A DNA stretch of 63,683 nucleotides, filler included, from Cercozoa sp. M6MM (taxonomy: Eukaryota > Protista > Endomyxa: Ascetosporea): NCBI GenBank assembly GCA_040357565.1. It is 4 parts of 4 records of this genome, joined end to end, with 100 filler letters (N's around TTAATTAATTAA, not from the genome) between each part and the next. Parts side by side here need not be neighbours in the genome. Positions count along the whole stretch, not along the records: positions 1 to 27,898 come from JBDODJ010000142.1; 3 more parts are not named here. One strand, written 5' to 3'. Below the pieces are notes generated by a model. The model was given only the letters and a program-made list of their open reading frames with translations. It searched no databases and had not been told where the DNA came from. The position numbers and the translations under genes are program-made. Shown one piece after another: positions 10,671 to 23,559 of this stretch (position 1 is its first letter; the number at the start of each line of letters is the position of its first letter).

Positions 10671-12231
10671 TTAGTAGCCGCTCTTCTTCATGGCGTACAT
10701 TTGCGAGGCGAGCGCGTCGTTGCGGCGGCGGGCGCGCATCTTCTTCTTGGCGGCCTTGCTGCCACCGAGACCGGAGGCAGCAAGAGGCATTGCCTGCTCG
10801 CGCTGTTGTTCCTGTGGAAAGGCAGACACATGCGAGGAACAATGCAGACATGGAGAGAAGCAGTGATACCTGTCGCAATGAGGTGTCCCATGCCACCGAT
10901 CGCGTGATGTGCTGCGACACCTTGTGCTTGTGTTCCTCGGTTTGCGCACTACGGGTAGACACAACAACAGTGGTAAACCAGGCAAAGAAAGAGGGGAAAG
11001 AAGGAGGGCAGAAAGGAAGCTGCACAGTCGACGCAAGAAGTTAGCGTTGGCGAGGTTGACGAGACGTGACTGCTCGTAGTCGCCCTCCTGCGCCAGCGCG
11101 GCCGAGCGCTGTGCCACGTGGTCGACCAGCAGACTGATGTCGCAGTCGTTCTGTGCCTCCTCGGCATTGTGCGTGACCTCTTGTTGTGCAGCAATCACTC
11201 GCATCTAATATGCACAGAAATAAGACATGTGTGCATATATGCCTATGTATATGTATATGTAGATGTATATGTATATATAGTATACAAATAGGGCATGTAC
11301 CACACGAGCGCCGTCAGTGCGCGTGAAGCGCACCTGAATTTGAAAGGGAATCTGCGAGAGGTGCGCGTTGCTGTCGTCGCGCATGGCCTCGGCATTGACG
11401 CCGTACTCAAAGAAGAACTTGGCGTCACGTGTCACGTTACCGAGCTGTCGCGTCACGCGGTTGCCTTCGACCTCCTGCAGATCCTCCTGCTGCGCAGTCT
11501 CTTCCTGCAGCGAGATCTTGAGTGCCTGGTGGCACAGGATCGTCACCTCCACACCGGTAGCGACAGGGACAGAGGCGGCGTCCTTAAAGCCCTCGCGAAT
11601 GCGCGCCAAATCCACGCGGTTCACACGGCCGCCCGACCGATCGGCCACGATGCCGAGTCTGTCCAGGCAACATAATGTACTGCAGAGAGACAGCAAGGGG
11701 TACAGAGGATACAAACAGGGACAAGTACTGTTCGACACGGCACTCCTCGTCGGCGAGTGTGACCACGTCGACACTGACGCCCTTGACAGCGGCCCAGTCT
11801 CCGACACTCTCGTAGAACTCCTCGACCTCGTCGGTGACGCCATTGTCGAGTCGACCGACACCGACGTTGGCGACGCCGTCGGTGCAGATGACGACCTTGG
11901 AGCCACGACGCGTCGAGGCCATCTCGATGGCCGTCACCAAGGCCGGTCCCAATGCCGTACGGCCGCTCGGACGTAGCTGCGCCGTGGCACGCTTGAAGTT
12001 CTCCAGCGCACCTTCATCGCCGATGCGCTTGGTGCTGTCGCTCAGGTCCGATGCCAGTGCGCGCAGCTGGTGCTCGTCGCCCAGCGTGTCGTCGCCCTGC
12101 AGCACCGTCTCGCTGTCGCCGTGCACGCACACGTTGTTCGCGAACGTCAGCAGGCCGATGCGCATCGACTATACGTATACATAGATAGAAACAAAACAAC
12201 AACATCGTCAATACGCACACAATGCAAAATA

Positions 12232-12281
<50 letters not shown>

Positions 12282-13738
12282 ATGAGAGAAGATACCGACT
12301 GCTCCTTGGCGATGCTATCGACTTGCTGCTGCAGCGCCATGCGCACGGCCGCCAAGCGCGACACGTGCGTACTACGTTGCACGCGTCGGCGCGGCTTGAC
12401 CTGCACTGTCTACACTCCCAGCGATATTACCAACACACAACAGCGCCAGCACTGTGTGAGTGTGTGTATGTGTGTGTGCGTGTGTGTGTGTGTGTGTGCT
12501 TGTGTGGGCCATCAGTACCAACTTGGCACGCAGACGACTGATGAGACGGTTGATCTCGGCGTGCTCGTCCGACGGAATGGCCTGCTTAAGACCCTCCAGC
12601 TCGCTGATCTCGGCCTGGATCTGCGCCTTTCGCGTGGCGTCGTCGCCACCGTCCAGCATGTCGGCCGTGAGACCCGGCTGCAAAACATACAGACACACAT
12701 AATATATACATAATATATACCTAAAATACATCCATTATATATATATATATGTATATGTGTATATTGATATTGTATATTATACATTAATATATTATAGGTA
12801 TACTTGCGCTTACCACATTCTGCGTGAGTGCCATGGAGCCACTGGTGTCGACGGCAAAGTAGACGAACGGGTCGCCTGTACTTCCGCCGGTTTGGCCCTC
12901 ACCTATTAAAAGAAAGACAGTGCAGTGACATCTGACATGTACAGAAGATACGTATCAACTGTACCCTCCTCGAGTTCGCCGTCCTCAACAGCGCTCGGTG
13001 GCGGTTCGAGGACGAAATCGACGGTGGAGTTGTCGCTGAGAATGCTGTCGGGCGCACACTCGGACGGCACGTCGTTTTTGAGGCCACAGAACTCGCAGGT
13101 CCAAGTGCGTGTGTTGTTCTCATGCACACTGCCGGTTTCGGCAGCCTCGAGTTTGCTCAGCGAAGTGAGCAGCGCCGTGCAGCCGTTGCACGAGAAGGGC
13201 GACACAGAGCACTGCGGAGCATCCACTGTGAGCGAGGCGAAGTCGATGGCGGCCACGTTGGCCGTCACTCGCTGCTTGGCCACGACCTTGCGCTCTGCAC
13301 GCGGCTTTCGTCTCGGCTTCTTCCGAGCGTCGACTGGCGGCGGCGGAGCTGGCGCACTCTGAGCGGCACTTGGTGCGCTTGCTTCTTAGAGCAGCAAACA
13401 AGTCAAAAACATGCTTCCACTGTTGGAAAACAAAGCCTCGATTTACCTCCCGAGCTGCCAAAGAACGAACTGAAGAAACCGCGTCGCTGTGGCTGTTGCG
13501 CTTGCTGCGCAGGCGGAGCCGCAGCTGCAGAGATGTCTCCTTCGCCTTCTTCGGCGCTGGACTCAAAGTCATCTTCGTTCCTGTCAAATAATGTCAATGT
13601 CTGCAACATTGCTGACGCTAGAAAAAACAAAAGGCACAGTTCAATGCCGTCATTCAGCTCTTGCTCCGTGATTTCTTCGAGCACCTCCTCTTCCTCCTTG
13701 CTTGCGACGTGCGCTCTCTTTGACGCAAACTTCAACAT
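10671..13738 (-). CDS. Sec23/24-like zinc finger + VWA domain protein (circularly-permuted-Ras-protein-like, no Ras domain seen)
   Basis: CNGC...WTCEFC zinc finger; MIDAS FAVDTSGSM; VSRLAAVRMAL; PSGRTALGPAL; KVVICTDGVANVGVG; C-terminal AQEGDYEQSRL; TAA at 10671. Confidence 0.8.
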
Positions 13739-13985
13739 TCTCGCAGGGTGAAAAAAACTGTGACAGCTTTCTCTCCTGGGTGGTCACTCCGGCTTCAACT
13801 CCTTTTCCTGGCTTCTAGCTCCACCTGTATGAATCCCCAGCAGGCTCGTACAGATAGTATTAGCGACTTGCAATGCACGAACAGAAAATTCCTGGGTCGA
13901 CTGAGAGCCACTGCTTGTAGCCCAGTGGCTGATTGTAAAATTCCTTGAACACTGACGGAATCCACAAACATCTTTCTGCTGATAC

Positions 13986-15098
13986 TTACCTAATACGATG
14001 AACTGAACCGCGCCATGGTAGCGCAAAATTCCTCCCTTCGCCTTCGCAACCTCCTAGGTTTAGAATACTCGGATAGGTTTTTGGCAAGTGCGCCAGATTG
14101 AATTTTTGGAATACGGCTAAAGCGGTGCTGAAGCGTCTATGCTCAGAGTGGTCATTGCATGTGATGTTACTATACAATCTCAGCTTTTGTATTAGGATGA
14201 GCACGACCGACTTCGTCATCTGATGCATGGAAACAAGCATGTATTTCTCGTGTGCTTCAGCGTCGTGTCACCGTCGTCGTTTAAAAATGTAGCAGCCAAG
14301 TAAATTCCTGAAGTGCGACACCATGCTCAAACAAACCGAGTACCAAACACACCGAGTATGTCTTTCATGCACAGGTATATCCAGATCGGTAGTATCGTAT
14401 CTGGCGCTTGTGTAACTTAGCGTCATCGCCGGCACCAAGTCTGACTTGCGCTCTGACGAGTCGACTCTAGACAACCTTCGTGTCGAAGGTAGGCGCCCTA
14501 TAGAGAATGCAGAGGTGCGCTGCTACGTACACTCTTTCCAACCAAAGCATCTTTCCTGTCTTTTTTATCGGAGGTTTGTCGCTTCAGGCCGAAGAACTGT
14601 GCCAAAACGTTGGTGCGCATAAAATGCATGGAATGCAGCGCACTCATGCAGGAAGGACTTGACAACGTGCTCGACAAGTGTGCTCGCGTGGCTGTCGCGA
14701 GACTCTGCGAGGAGAGAAGAAACCACAGCCTTAGGAGGAGCCAGCGTTCTCGTTGCTCCATTCCGTAGTACGAGTACTTGTTCCGCAGAACTCAACCTTG
14801 AAACAGACAGCTGAGGTAGGCAACAATAACCCCGGTCCCGACGGGGATATCATACAAACGGTATGTGATGGGTCATTGGTGCCGGGCGCGCGGATCAGAA
14901 TGATCAAAACGAAAGGAGGTTCAGACCCATATGATCAGTCGTTGATTATGACTGATCTCCGTATTCGGTCACAAACAGAGCAAAATACAGTTTTGGACAC
15001 GAATGCAAAGCAACGTTTTGCGTATCGCACGTGCATTTCTGTGCTGTTGCAATCAGTGGTAATACACCTCTAGCTGTGGTAACACCAATCCTTGCCAT
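13986..15098 (-). CDS. Possible multi-exon hypothetical gene
   Basis: Exon-like open stretches separated by GT...YAG segments; no recognisable domain; boundaries uncertain. Confidence 0.25.
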
Positions 15099-15305
15099 TT
15101 GCTGGCTGCGCGAGGCTGACGTTGCATTTTTTTGCTCCATCGATCGCACTCTTTTCGACGCGAGAGCAGTGTTTCTGCCATTTCTGTAGTTTTGCACAGT
15201 CTGTTGCACGCTGTGTGTGTTCGACGGAAACGCAAGTTTTGCAAAATTTTGTCAGTTTCATCGTTTTTTTCTCTGCTCAGAAGCGGACGGTAACTTAACC
15301 TCATA

Positions 15306-17489
15306 ATGGTGCTCACACGCAACGATTCGACGACGGAACTCGTCTCGCTGGAGCGCGGCGACGCGCGTAGCGATGAGAATCTGGCCATCGTGGCCCAGTA
15401 CGGCATCGTCGGTCCTGCTGAGGTTTACCGCAACGCGCCGCCGGCGCTGCTGTACAAGCTCGCGTGTCAGTACGAGAGCGACCAGACGCAGGTGTCATCG
15501 TCGGGCGCTCTGTGCGCACTGTCGGGTGAGCGCATGGGCCGTTCGCCGGCTGAGAAGTATTTTCCTCTATTCGCATTGTTCATGTGAGCACATTAGGTTG
15601 TACTAACTGTGCGAGTATGCTTGTGCAGGCGCATTGTGAAGGAGCCGACCTCGCAGGACAAGGTTTGGTGGGAGAGCGACGCGTGCCGTCCGCTTCCGGA
15701 ACGCTCGTTCGACATCAACCGCGAGCGCGCCATCGACTGGCTCAGCACGAAGCAGCACCTGTTCGTGTTCGACGGCTTTGCCGGATGGGATTCGGAGAAC
15801 CAGATCAAGGTGCGCGTGATCGCGTCGCGTGCCTACCACGCGCTCTTCATGCACAACATGCTCATCCGCCCGACGCCCGAGCAGCTTGTCGACTTTGGCA
15901 AGCCGGACGTGGTACATTGCGCCCCTTGTACCCCCCCCCCCCCCCCCCCCGACTTGTTTGCACGACCTTGTTTTTAGACCATTTTCGAGGCTGGTGACTT
16001 CCCGGCCAACCGCAACACTGACGGCATGTCGAGCAAGTGCTCGGTCACGCTGCACCTTCAGCGTCGCGAGTTGGGTACTTGCTGTACATGTGTATATTAA
16101 CATCATGACTGACTGTATGCGTGTGCTGATGTAGTGATCCTCGGCACTGAGTACGCGGGCGAGATGAAGAAGGGTGTTTTCTCGTTCATGCACTACCTGA
16201 TGCCGCTGCGTGGACATCTGTCGATGCACGCGTCGTGCAACGTGTCGCTCAAGGACGGCGGCAATGCTGCCGTTTTCTTCGGTCTCTCTGGTACGGGCAA
16301 GACCACGCTGTCGGCCGACACGCGTCGTGCGGTATCCTGCGCTTGCTTCTTTGCCTTCCCCCCGCTCTTATCTGTGCATGATGTGTAGCTCATTGGTGAT
16401 GACGAGCATGTCTGGACCGACAAGGGTGTCTTCAACATCGAAGGTGGCTGCTACGCCAAGGTACACTCAGCTTTCATCGTCTGAGCGGGCACACTTGAGG
16501 TATCGCGGTCCCTTTTGAAGGTGATCAACCTCGACGCCGAGGCCGAGCCGCTGATCTTCAACGCCATTCGTTTCGGCTCGGTGCTGGAGAACGTCGTGCT
16601 GCGTCCGGATCACTCTGTCGACTTTGCCAACACGGTACACTGAGGCACTCATGTCGTTCGTGTACCCCTTGTATGTATTTGTTTGGGAGGGCAGGTGCTC
16701 ACTCTGAACACACGCTGCTCGTACCCGATCGAGTACATCCCGAACGCCAACGTGCCGTGCCTCACTGAGTCGCATCCGCACAACATCATCTTCCTGACGT
16801 GCGACGCCTTTGGCGTGCTGCCGCCGGTGTCGCAGCTGTCGCCGGAGCAGGCCATGTACTACTTCATTAACGGCTACACTGCCAAGGTCGCCGGCACTGA
16901 GGTCGGCGTCAAGGAGCCGCGCGCTGCCTTTTCGGTACATTGCTTTGAGCTCTCTCCCTTGTCTACAGAAGTAGTCATACGCACACGCATGTAGGCCTGC
17001 TTCGGTGAGGCTTTCCTGGTGTACCACCCGAGCGTGTACGCCGAGCTGCTGGCCAAGAAGATGAAGCAGCACGGTGCACGTGCCTGGCTCGTCAACACGG
17101 GCTGGACGGGCGGCGCCTACGGCACGGGCCATCGCATGCCGATCCGCGTGACGCGTGCCATCATCGACGCCATCCACGAGGGCACGCTGGCCGACGTGCC
17201 GCACCAGACGCTACCGGTGATGAAGCTGCAGGTGCCGACCGAGGTGCCTGAGGTGGACTCGTCGATCCTCATGCCGCGCAACACCTGGGCCAGTGGCGAG
17301 GCCTACGACGCGCAGCTCCTCAAGCTCGCCAAGATGTTCGACTCCAACTTCGACAAGGTAATACACTTTGTTGCACACACATGCCTACATTTACTCACAC
17401 ACACATATATGTTTGCTGCTTTCCTTGTACAGTACCGCGCTGGTTCCAGCGAGGCCATCATCAACGCCGGCCCTGAGCTGCCGAACTAA
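15306..17489 (+). CDS. PCK1: Phosphoenolpyruvate carboxykinase (ATP), 9 exons
   Basis: [18 protein letters not shown]-loop [55 protein letters not shown]; 8 GT-AG introns restore one frame. Confidence 0.97.
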
Positions 17490-18117
17490 CCGTCACTCGA
17501 CTTTAACTCCTCGTCTGCCTGGGTTCCTACACGCCCAAGTCCAGCTACCTGCCTCCAGCAAGACAATTCGATGCAACGTCGACCGAAACTGCTCGAGTAT
17601 AAGTACTAACTAGTACGAATCGACGTCTCCATTGAAACATTCAAAGTATAAGCATATCTGCGTGCGATGCATGCGCGACATGCGTGGCACCGCGAGGCTG
17701 AATTAACCTTGCAATCGCCGGCAGCCCCCGGCGAAAAGGAACTGGAACCGAACCGGGACGTAATGTATGGTAAACAAACATTAGAAAAATTCCGCACTAA
17801 CTGAATTAACAGCGCACGGCAGTGTGCTTGGGGTCCCGAGACGTTCCCTGCATTCAGGAGGGCGTTCGGAGATACAAAATTGCGACTTTCTTTTTGCGGG
17901 GAACCGAGGACGCCAATTTTCCTGAGGCCTCCTCCTGTGTTTTACCCTCGTAGTCAGGGCTAGGATCGTGTCAGTGGAACACTTGAACAAAATCCCCCTC
18001 GGTTTGTTGTCTGACTTGGACTGGGACGGTAAGTGTTTCGACTTTCGATGTACAGGAGTAGAGTGAATTACAAGACAGGTCCTCTAAATATGTGCTAATG
18101 TACTGGCAGCAAAACGG

Positions 18118-18952
18118 ATGCGCTTCTTGTTTCTTGTCGTTCTATCTACGTGCGTCGTTGCATGTGTGCTGGCTTCGCGTAACCAACACAATGACACTCC
18201 TGGGGTGCCGCTGTACTCGAGTTACCGCTCAAAATCGCTGCCGCTGACATTTGTGCGTCAGGGTATACGGGAACCCTCTTATGATGCTCGCTCCAAGGCC
18301 ACAAGAAAGTCCTCTGCGCATGTCGTTCCGTCACTTTGCCTCTCTCGGTACTGTAATTCACTGCCAGTACTATAAAACACAGTTGCTGGTATATGACTGC
18401 TGTATAAATAATTTTCGTATTGCCCAAAACTCAGCTACCGCATTAATGTCGACGACGCGAGCATGCGCCGTTTCTTGGCACGAATTGGCTTGCGCGAAGG
18501 TGAAGTCGAGAGTGCTCTCGGCACCGACAAGATCACACTGTCTTCGCCCTTTGGCACCGCCGACTGGAGGGTCTACTTCCGGGGGTACTACTATTCTTTA
18601 AGGCGTGCGAGTAATGTGTCGCAAATCAAGGCTGTCCGTCTGTTTACAGCGAAACTCCTTCAAAAAAGACGGCCAAGACGTTTGCAATGTGGTTACGTGG
18701 ACATCGACGTCTCTCTGTTCAAGCCACCGGGTGGAAGCTGCCTTCCTTGAAAGTATGCAAACTCGCATTGTGGGGCACAAGTAGATTAACTTTTGCATAC
18801 AGGAAGCGTTGCCATTAAACGTCGAAAGTAGCGCATGGGAGTGTTCCGATGGCAAGGTGCATCTCGAGTTTCAGGGGAGCAGTGTCAAGGTTGTGGCATT
18901 GCCACCTTTGTACAAGACCTTGAAAATCTCACGTGGTTTGGTAACAACATGA
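18118..18952 (+). CDS. Hypothetical secreted protein
   Basis: Signal peptide MRFLFLVVLSTCVVACVLA; later exons splice in frame to TGA at 18950-18952. Confidence 0.45.
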
Positions 18953-19134
18953 CTCTTTGTATATTAACTGACGTAAGTTTACTACGAGTTTCAACTGAGT
19001 AGAAACGAGCAAAGGGTTTGGCACTGCTGCTGAAAGAAAAGCTGCAGTAATTTTCACTTCTCGCAGGTAAAGTTGTATCGACAATATAAATTACTGGATG
19101 ATGCTGCAGACAGGCACCGTGGGACTTCGAGAAA

Positions 19135-20266
19135 ATGCTCGCTTTTCGCGTCGATACGAGCGACCCTTTCTTGACCGCGAAGAGCGAGTTGTACTTCTCT
19201 TCGAATGAGAACTTGGCTCACCTTGTACACCGACTCATGAACTCTGGTAAACTACGACCCATGCAGTGTAGTCAGTTTATTGGGGACAGTACAGTTGTAG
19301 CGAAATCACATTGTAAATTTGCAGAAAGCGCTGAACAAGAGCAGCTGGTGATGTCATCGCTGCTGCAGGCGTTGCGTGTGCCTCAACGACAACGCAAGCG
19401 CGTGCGCACTCTGCAAATCGACGTGATCGACGGGTTCACTCATGAACGCTCTATGCTGACCCGGGTGACGATCAGTTCGCTTCCCGGCACGGGCGTCCCG
19501 GACACCTCGGTTCTCAATTGCAAGTCGTCGAGACCGACGACGCCACGCGTTGGCAGATGGCGCAGCAGAAGCAGCCGATGTCGAGTCGGACTGCGCCTAT
19601 CGGGTCGAGTCGACTACCTGAACGAACGCTCGAAAGCTCTGTTCTTCGTGTCAGTGTCTTGCTTCCACGAACCCGTGTAAGCCTCTTGTATCACCTAAGT
19701 ATCTTCAGTTCTACTTTCAATACAGTGTCTGTGTGGTACAGAATGGAGTCACACGCGACATTCCGATAGTCACCTCGGTGGTTCAAAAGCCGCCTCTGTT
19801 CCGGCGACCCTCTGCAGCAGCGACATCTTCCAACCCCAACCCGGTCTCCTCAGTGGACCCATCGGCCTTAGGCTTCAAGCCAGTTGTTGGGAAACTTGAA
19901 TCTCTAGTTCCAAACGATTCGGCCGCCAAGCTCGGCGGGGGGTTTGGAAACTCTGATACCAGCCAGGATTGGGCCTTTTTGGGGCTGGATCATGACCTAT
20001 CGTTTCAGCAGTTGTGGGACTGTGGCGCGGACCCAGAAGCCGACGACGACTTATCTTCGTACACATTCACACTAGCCATTAACGTTACAGCGAGTGTTTT
20101 GCTTCATGCCGCAGACAAAGCTCATCTTCGTCGTGGGAAGAGGAATTCCGCTCGTTGTGTCCGTCAGCCGGTGTTTGCGGAAACCTCGCCCCCGCGGAAG
20201 CTTCCAGCTGACTCGAAGCGACTTGCAATTGACCAATCTGAACCAATGGCACTCTTCACACTTTGA
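19135..20266 (+). CDS. Hypothetical protein, multi-exon
   Basis: Successive ORFs linked by GT-AG segments; long terminal ORF 19733-20266; no recognised domain. Confidence 0.4.
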
Positions 20267-20473
20267 GTCGAGTGACTCGAGTCAGCTCACTTACGGCAAA
20301 TCCATCGGCACAATGAACTGAACTCGACGGACTTGAACTTGAACCTCCGCTCGAGTTGAAGGAAGATGACACGCTTTGTGTAACTTCAGTTATAAGGTTT
20401 GTTGGCTAGCTATAGTCGAGTGGACAGTAGTTATCGATACTGTTCAGTTTAGCATGCATCCCAGGCGGTCCGG

Positions 20474-21078
20474 TCACGCACCGTGACGTTGTGGTTTTGC
20501 GGGCGTAGGAATGGCGGCAGTGTCACCAACTGTGCCACTCAGGCTGGTACTAGACACAGGAGGAGGCGCTGCAAGAGCACAGGGCATACACAAGGCGGGG
20601 CAGGTCGGAATCAAAGGGACTAAAGGTACGGAGAGGCGGCTGCGGAGGTCTCGGCACGTGCACGGCGAGTATGCCAGTCTGCGATCGTCGCACGACAGGG
20701 GATGACGAAGAAGAGGCGATACTCGAGGCCGAAACTGACCTCTCAAGCGGCTTGCTTTTGCTCCTGCACGAACAAACAAGAAATGATCGGAACATTTTTT
20801 TAAAATTTGTATCTGAACAATAGAAAAAACTGAAGATATTAGTAACAAGAGAGACAAACGAGCAACTAACGAATGATTGGATACAAAAATAATGACCAAT
20901 CCGACCAAAAACACAAATGAAAAAGATGAATGATACTGTAGATGGCATACCTTCTGCCGAAGCGCAGGAAGGAGTGCGACTTGCGCGGCTCGGGAACCTC
21001 GGCCGTGTCGAGGAAAGTGTGGATGCGAATGTCGCTGCTCGACTTTGCCTTGCCCATAGGTGACGGCACTGTTGTAGT

Positions 21079-21128
<50 letters not shown>

Positions 21129-21887
21129 TTGTAGTTGTTGCAGTCTTTGGCTTGGCCTGCCGACAGAAGTGCTTGTCGGTGGCTACAGTCACAGGGTGCA
21201 CGGGCGGTTGAGGCACCGTCGAAGGCACCGCAGGTGTCCTGGACTGTCCTACGGGTATCCTGGACGATCCCACAGGTGTCCTGGCCCGTCCCACAGGTGT
21301 CTTGGACACTCCCACAGACAGTCCAACAGGTGTCCTGGACTGTAAAGGCACCTTGGACTGTCCGGGTGACCTGGACAGTAGCGCAGGTGACTTGGGCCGT
21401 CGCGAGGGTGCTCGAGGAGCTGGCGAGGTCGGTCGGTGTGGCACAACAGGCCTCGGCGAGGCGGGTTTTTTGACTGATGAGACAGGCCTCTTGACTGCTG
21501 GACTCTCTGCTTTCTGCTGTGCGCACGATCAAGTGAGCAACAAGAGGAGGGAGGAGGGTCAGACCTACCTTGCCATTGACGCAGTCGTCGCACGCAACGT
21601 TCTGCTTGGCACTCACGCGTCGCTGACCGCAGACGCCGCAGAAGGGCATGCCGAACAAATGTTTTCTCTTCGTGTGACACACGCGGCACTTGGTGGCGCC
21701 GCTCTGCGCACACCCTCAAATACTCACACACACTTACCACAGGTGATCTTGTGTTGCTTGCAAGGTACAGCGATCGGATGCTTGCCTACACACACATAAA
21801 AGGTCAAAGCAACCTCCCACTTGAACCAAAACCAAGTGTACCACATGTGTCGCAGAAAACACGAGTGTAGCTGCTTTGAGAAGCCAT
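20474..21887 (-). CDS. Cys-rich, RING-like N-terminal protein with S/T-P-rich repeats
   Basis: Proposed splice gives VFCDTC-x8-CKQH-x3-CGKC-x5-CRVC, then CGVC and CDDC pairs; 7-aa repeats xS(R/K)TPVG; poly-Thr. Confidence 0.5.
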
Positions 21888-22151
21888 CGGGTGTGTGCGT
21901 TGCCAAAACTGCCTTTTGGCTATACTTCACTCTACAAGAACACCGTCCCTACGCACAGTCTTGGCACACTCTACGGACACGCAAGCACACGCGGGACCTG
22001 CTGATCGTTACCGTTCTTTCCTTTAATTTTATCGTATTTGGTTGATCATTATTTCGTTGACTGTGAGTGGTCTGCGGTGGGCAAGGTTGCGCAACCTGAC
22101 TGCGCAGGGGGCTAAGGAAAAGTTTGCGACGGTATCCCGTTACTTTAAATA

Positions 22152-23260
22152 TCACGACAAGGACGAGGGCGCGGCGCGAAGGTGCCGGTACAGAGCGGCG
22201 GCGAAATGATTGCAGTTCCACGTGCGTGGGCAGTACGGCTTCTCCCGGTGCTGCTCCTGCACCCCGTCAGTTAAGGCATCAAACACACTGACAAAGAAAC
22301 GCACACTGAGACTTCGTATACCAGGAACTGCACGAGTGTGCGCGTGTTGGCACCCGGCACGAGTCGTCGGGGCGGCAGCTGCCGGTGCTGCGGCTCGTGC
22401 TCCTCGTGCGTGGCTTCCTGTTCAACGATACACACACACATACACACATAGAGGCAGAAAGAGAAAGAGTCAAGAGGCGAAACTCACCGCCACAACTTCG
22501 TCAAAGTCGATGTAGTCACCACGATCCTTGCCCCAGATTCGCATCACTGTGTGCTCCTCGGGGAGGTCCGCCATCGCCCTGTCATCAAGCAAAACGTAAA
22601 GAAAACTGGTCAACTATAGTACAGAACATAAGCAAGAATACAGCGTGATGCCAGCGTGGTCAATGTCGGTGAACTCGACGCGCAGCACCTTGTCCTTCGT
22701 GTACAAGAACACGGCCGAGTGTGCCTGTGTTGCAAACGAGCCGATATGAGCCAACAAAAAACAGAAAGCAACTCCAGACAGGCGAAATGCACCGGTGCTG
22801 GCAGAAAGAACTGTCGCGTAAAATGCGTGAGTCCGAACGTCGCCACAAGAGAGACACTGTCCATGGGACAACTCTTGCGCCGTGTGTCACGACAGAACTG
22901 ACAGCAACAGAGAGTGAACTTACACTCGAAAAACGCCAAAAGTGAACAAATAGTAGCCCGGAACTGCTCAAAACAGCGTGCATTGTTGTGTTGCATCCAC
23001 ACGGTGCAAAACGCAAACTGAGAATGTCTCAACTGCCAAAGACTTGATACAATCAAGGCTCCGTCGCTTTGCAGACACCCGAAGCAGCACTTCCTCCTCG
23101 CCAATACCCTGCAGCGCCTCGAGAACGGCATCAACGCCCTCGATGACTACGGCCTCCTCAAAGCGCTGCATCGCGCGTTCAAGACTTGGCCGAGCGGCCG
23201 GAATGTGAGAACCCATTCTCAACTCGCCCAAGCGTCGAATGTCACTGTGCAGGCGTAGCA
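22152..23260 (-). CDS. PPPDE/DeSI-like permuted papain-fold peptidase; start uncertain
   Basis: Spliced PAPAHSAVFLY (catalytic His) and TLVQFLEQHREKPYCPRTWNCNHFAAALY (NCNHF, catalytic Cys); TGA at 22152-22154. Confidence 0.7.
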
Positions 23261-23559
23261 CCTAAAGCGCGGTAGTTACACGCGCGTGCACGCAGACTCA
23301 GATATACTGTAGATAGCGCGCTGAGTGCTGATTTTTTAAGGCCGCGACATGCAGCACCAATGATGCAAGTGCAGTCCGCTAAAGCAAAGCGTTGAGGAAT
23401 CAGTATCTGACACACACGCAGTGTGTGCTTGTTGGCACTTTCCAAGAATCTGCTGCCAAACGATTCGCTTTGTGTGAAGATTTTTGAGCGCCGATCGATC
23501 GCGGTCCGGAAGGCGCCTTTTTTGGTTTTGGTTGCGGAAACAGTTCTCTCCGTTGCGAA

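Noticed and set aside
17600-18100. Possible tRNA or snRNA in intergenic DNA
   Set aside because: No cloverleaf, T-loop or Sm-site pattern recognisable by eye; an Infernal/tRNAscan run would be needed
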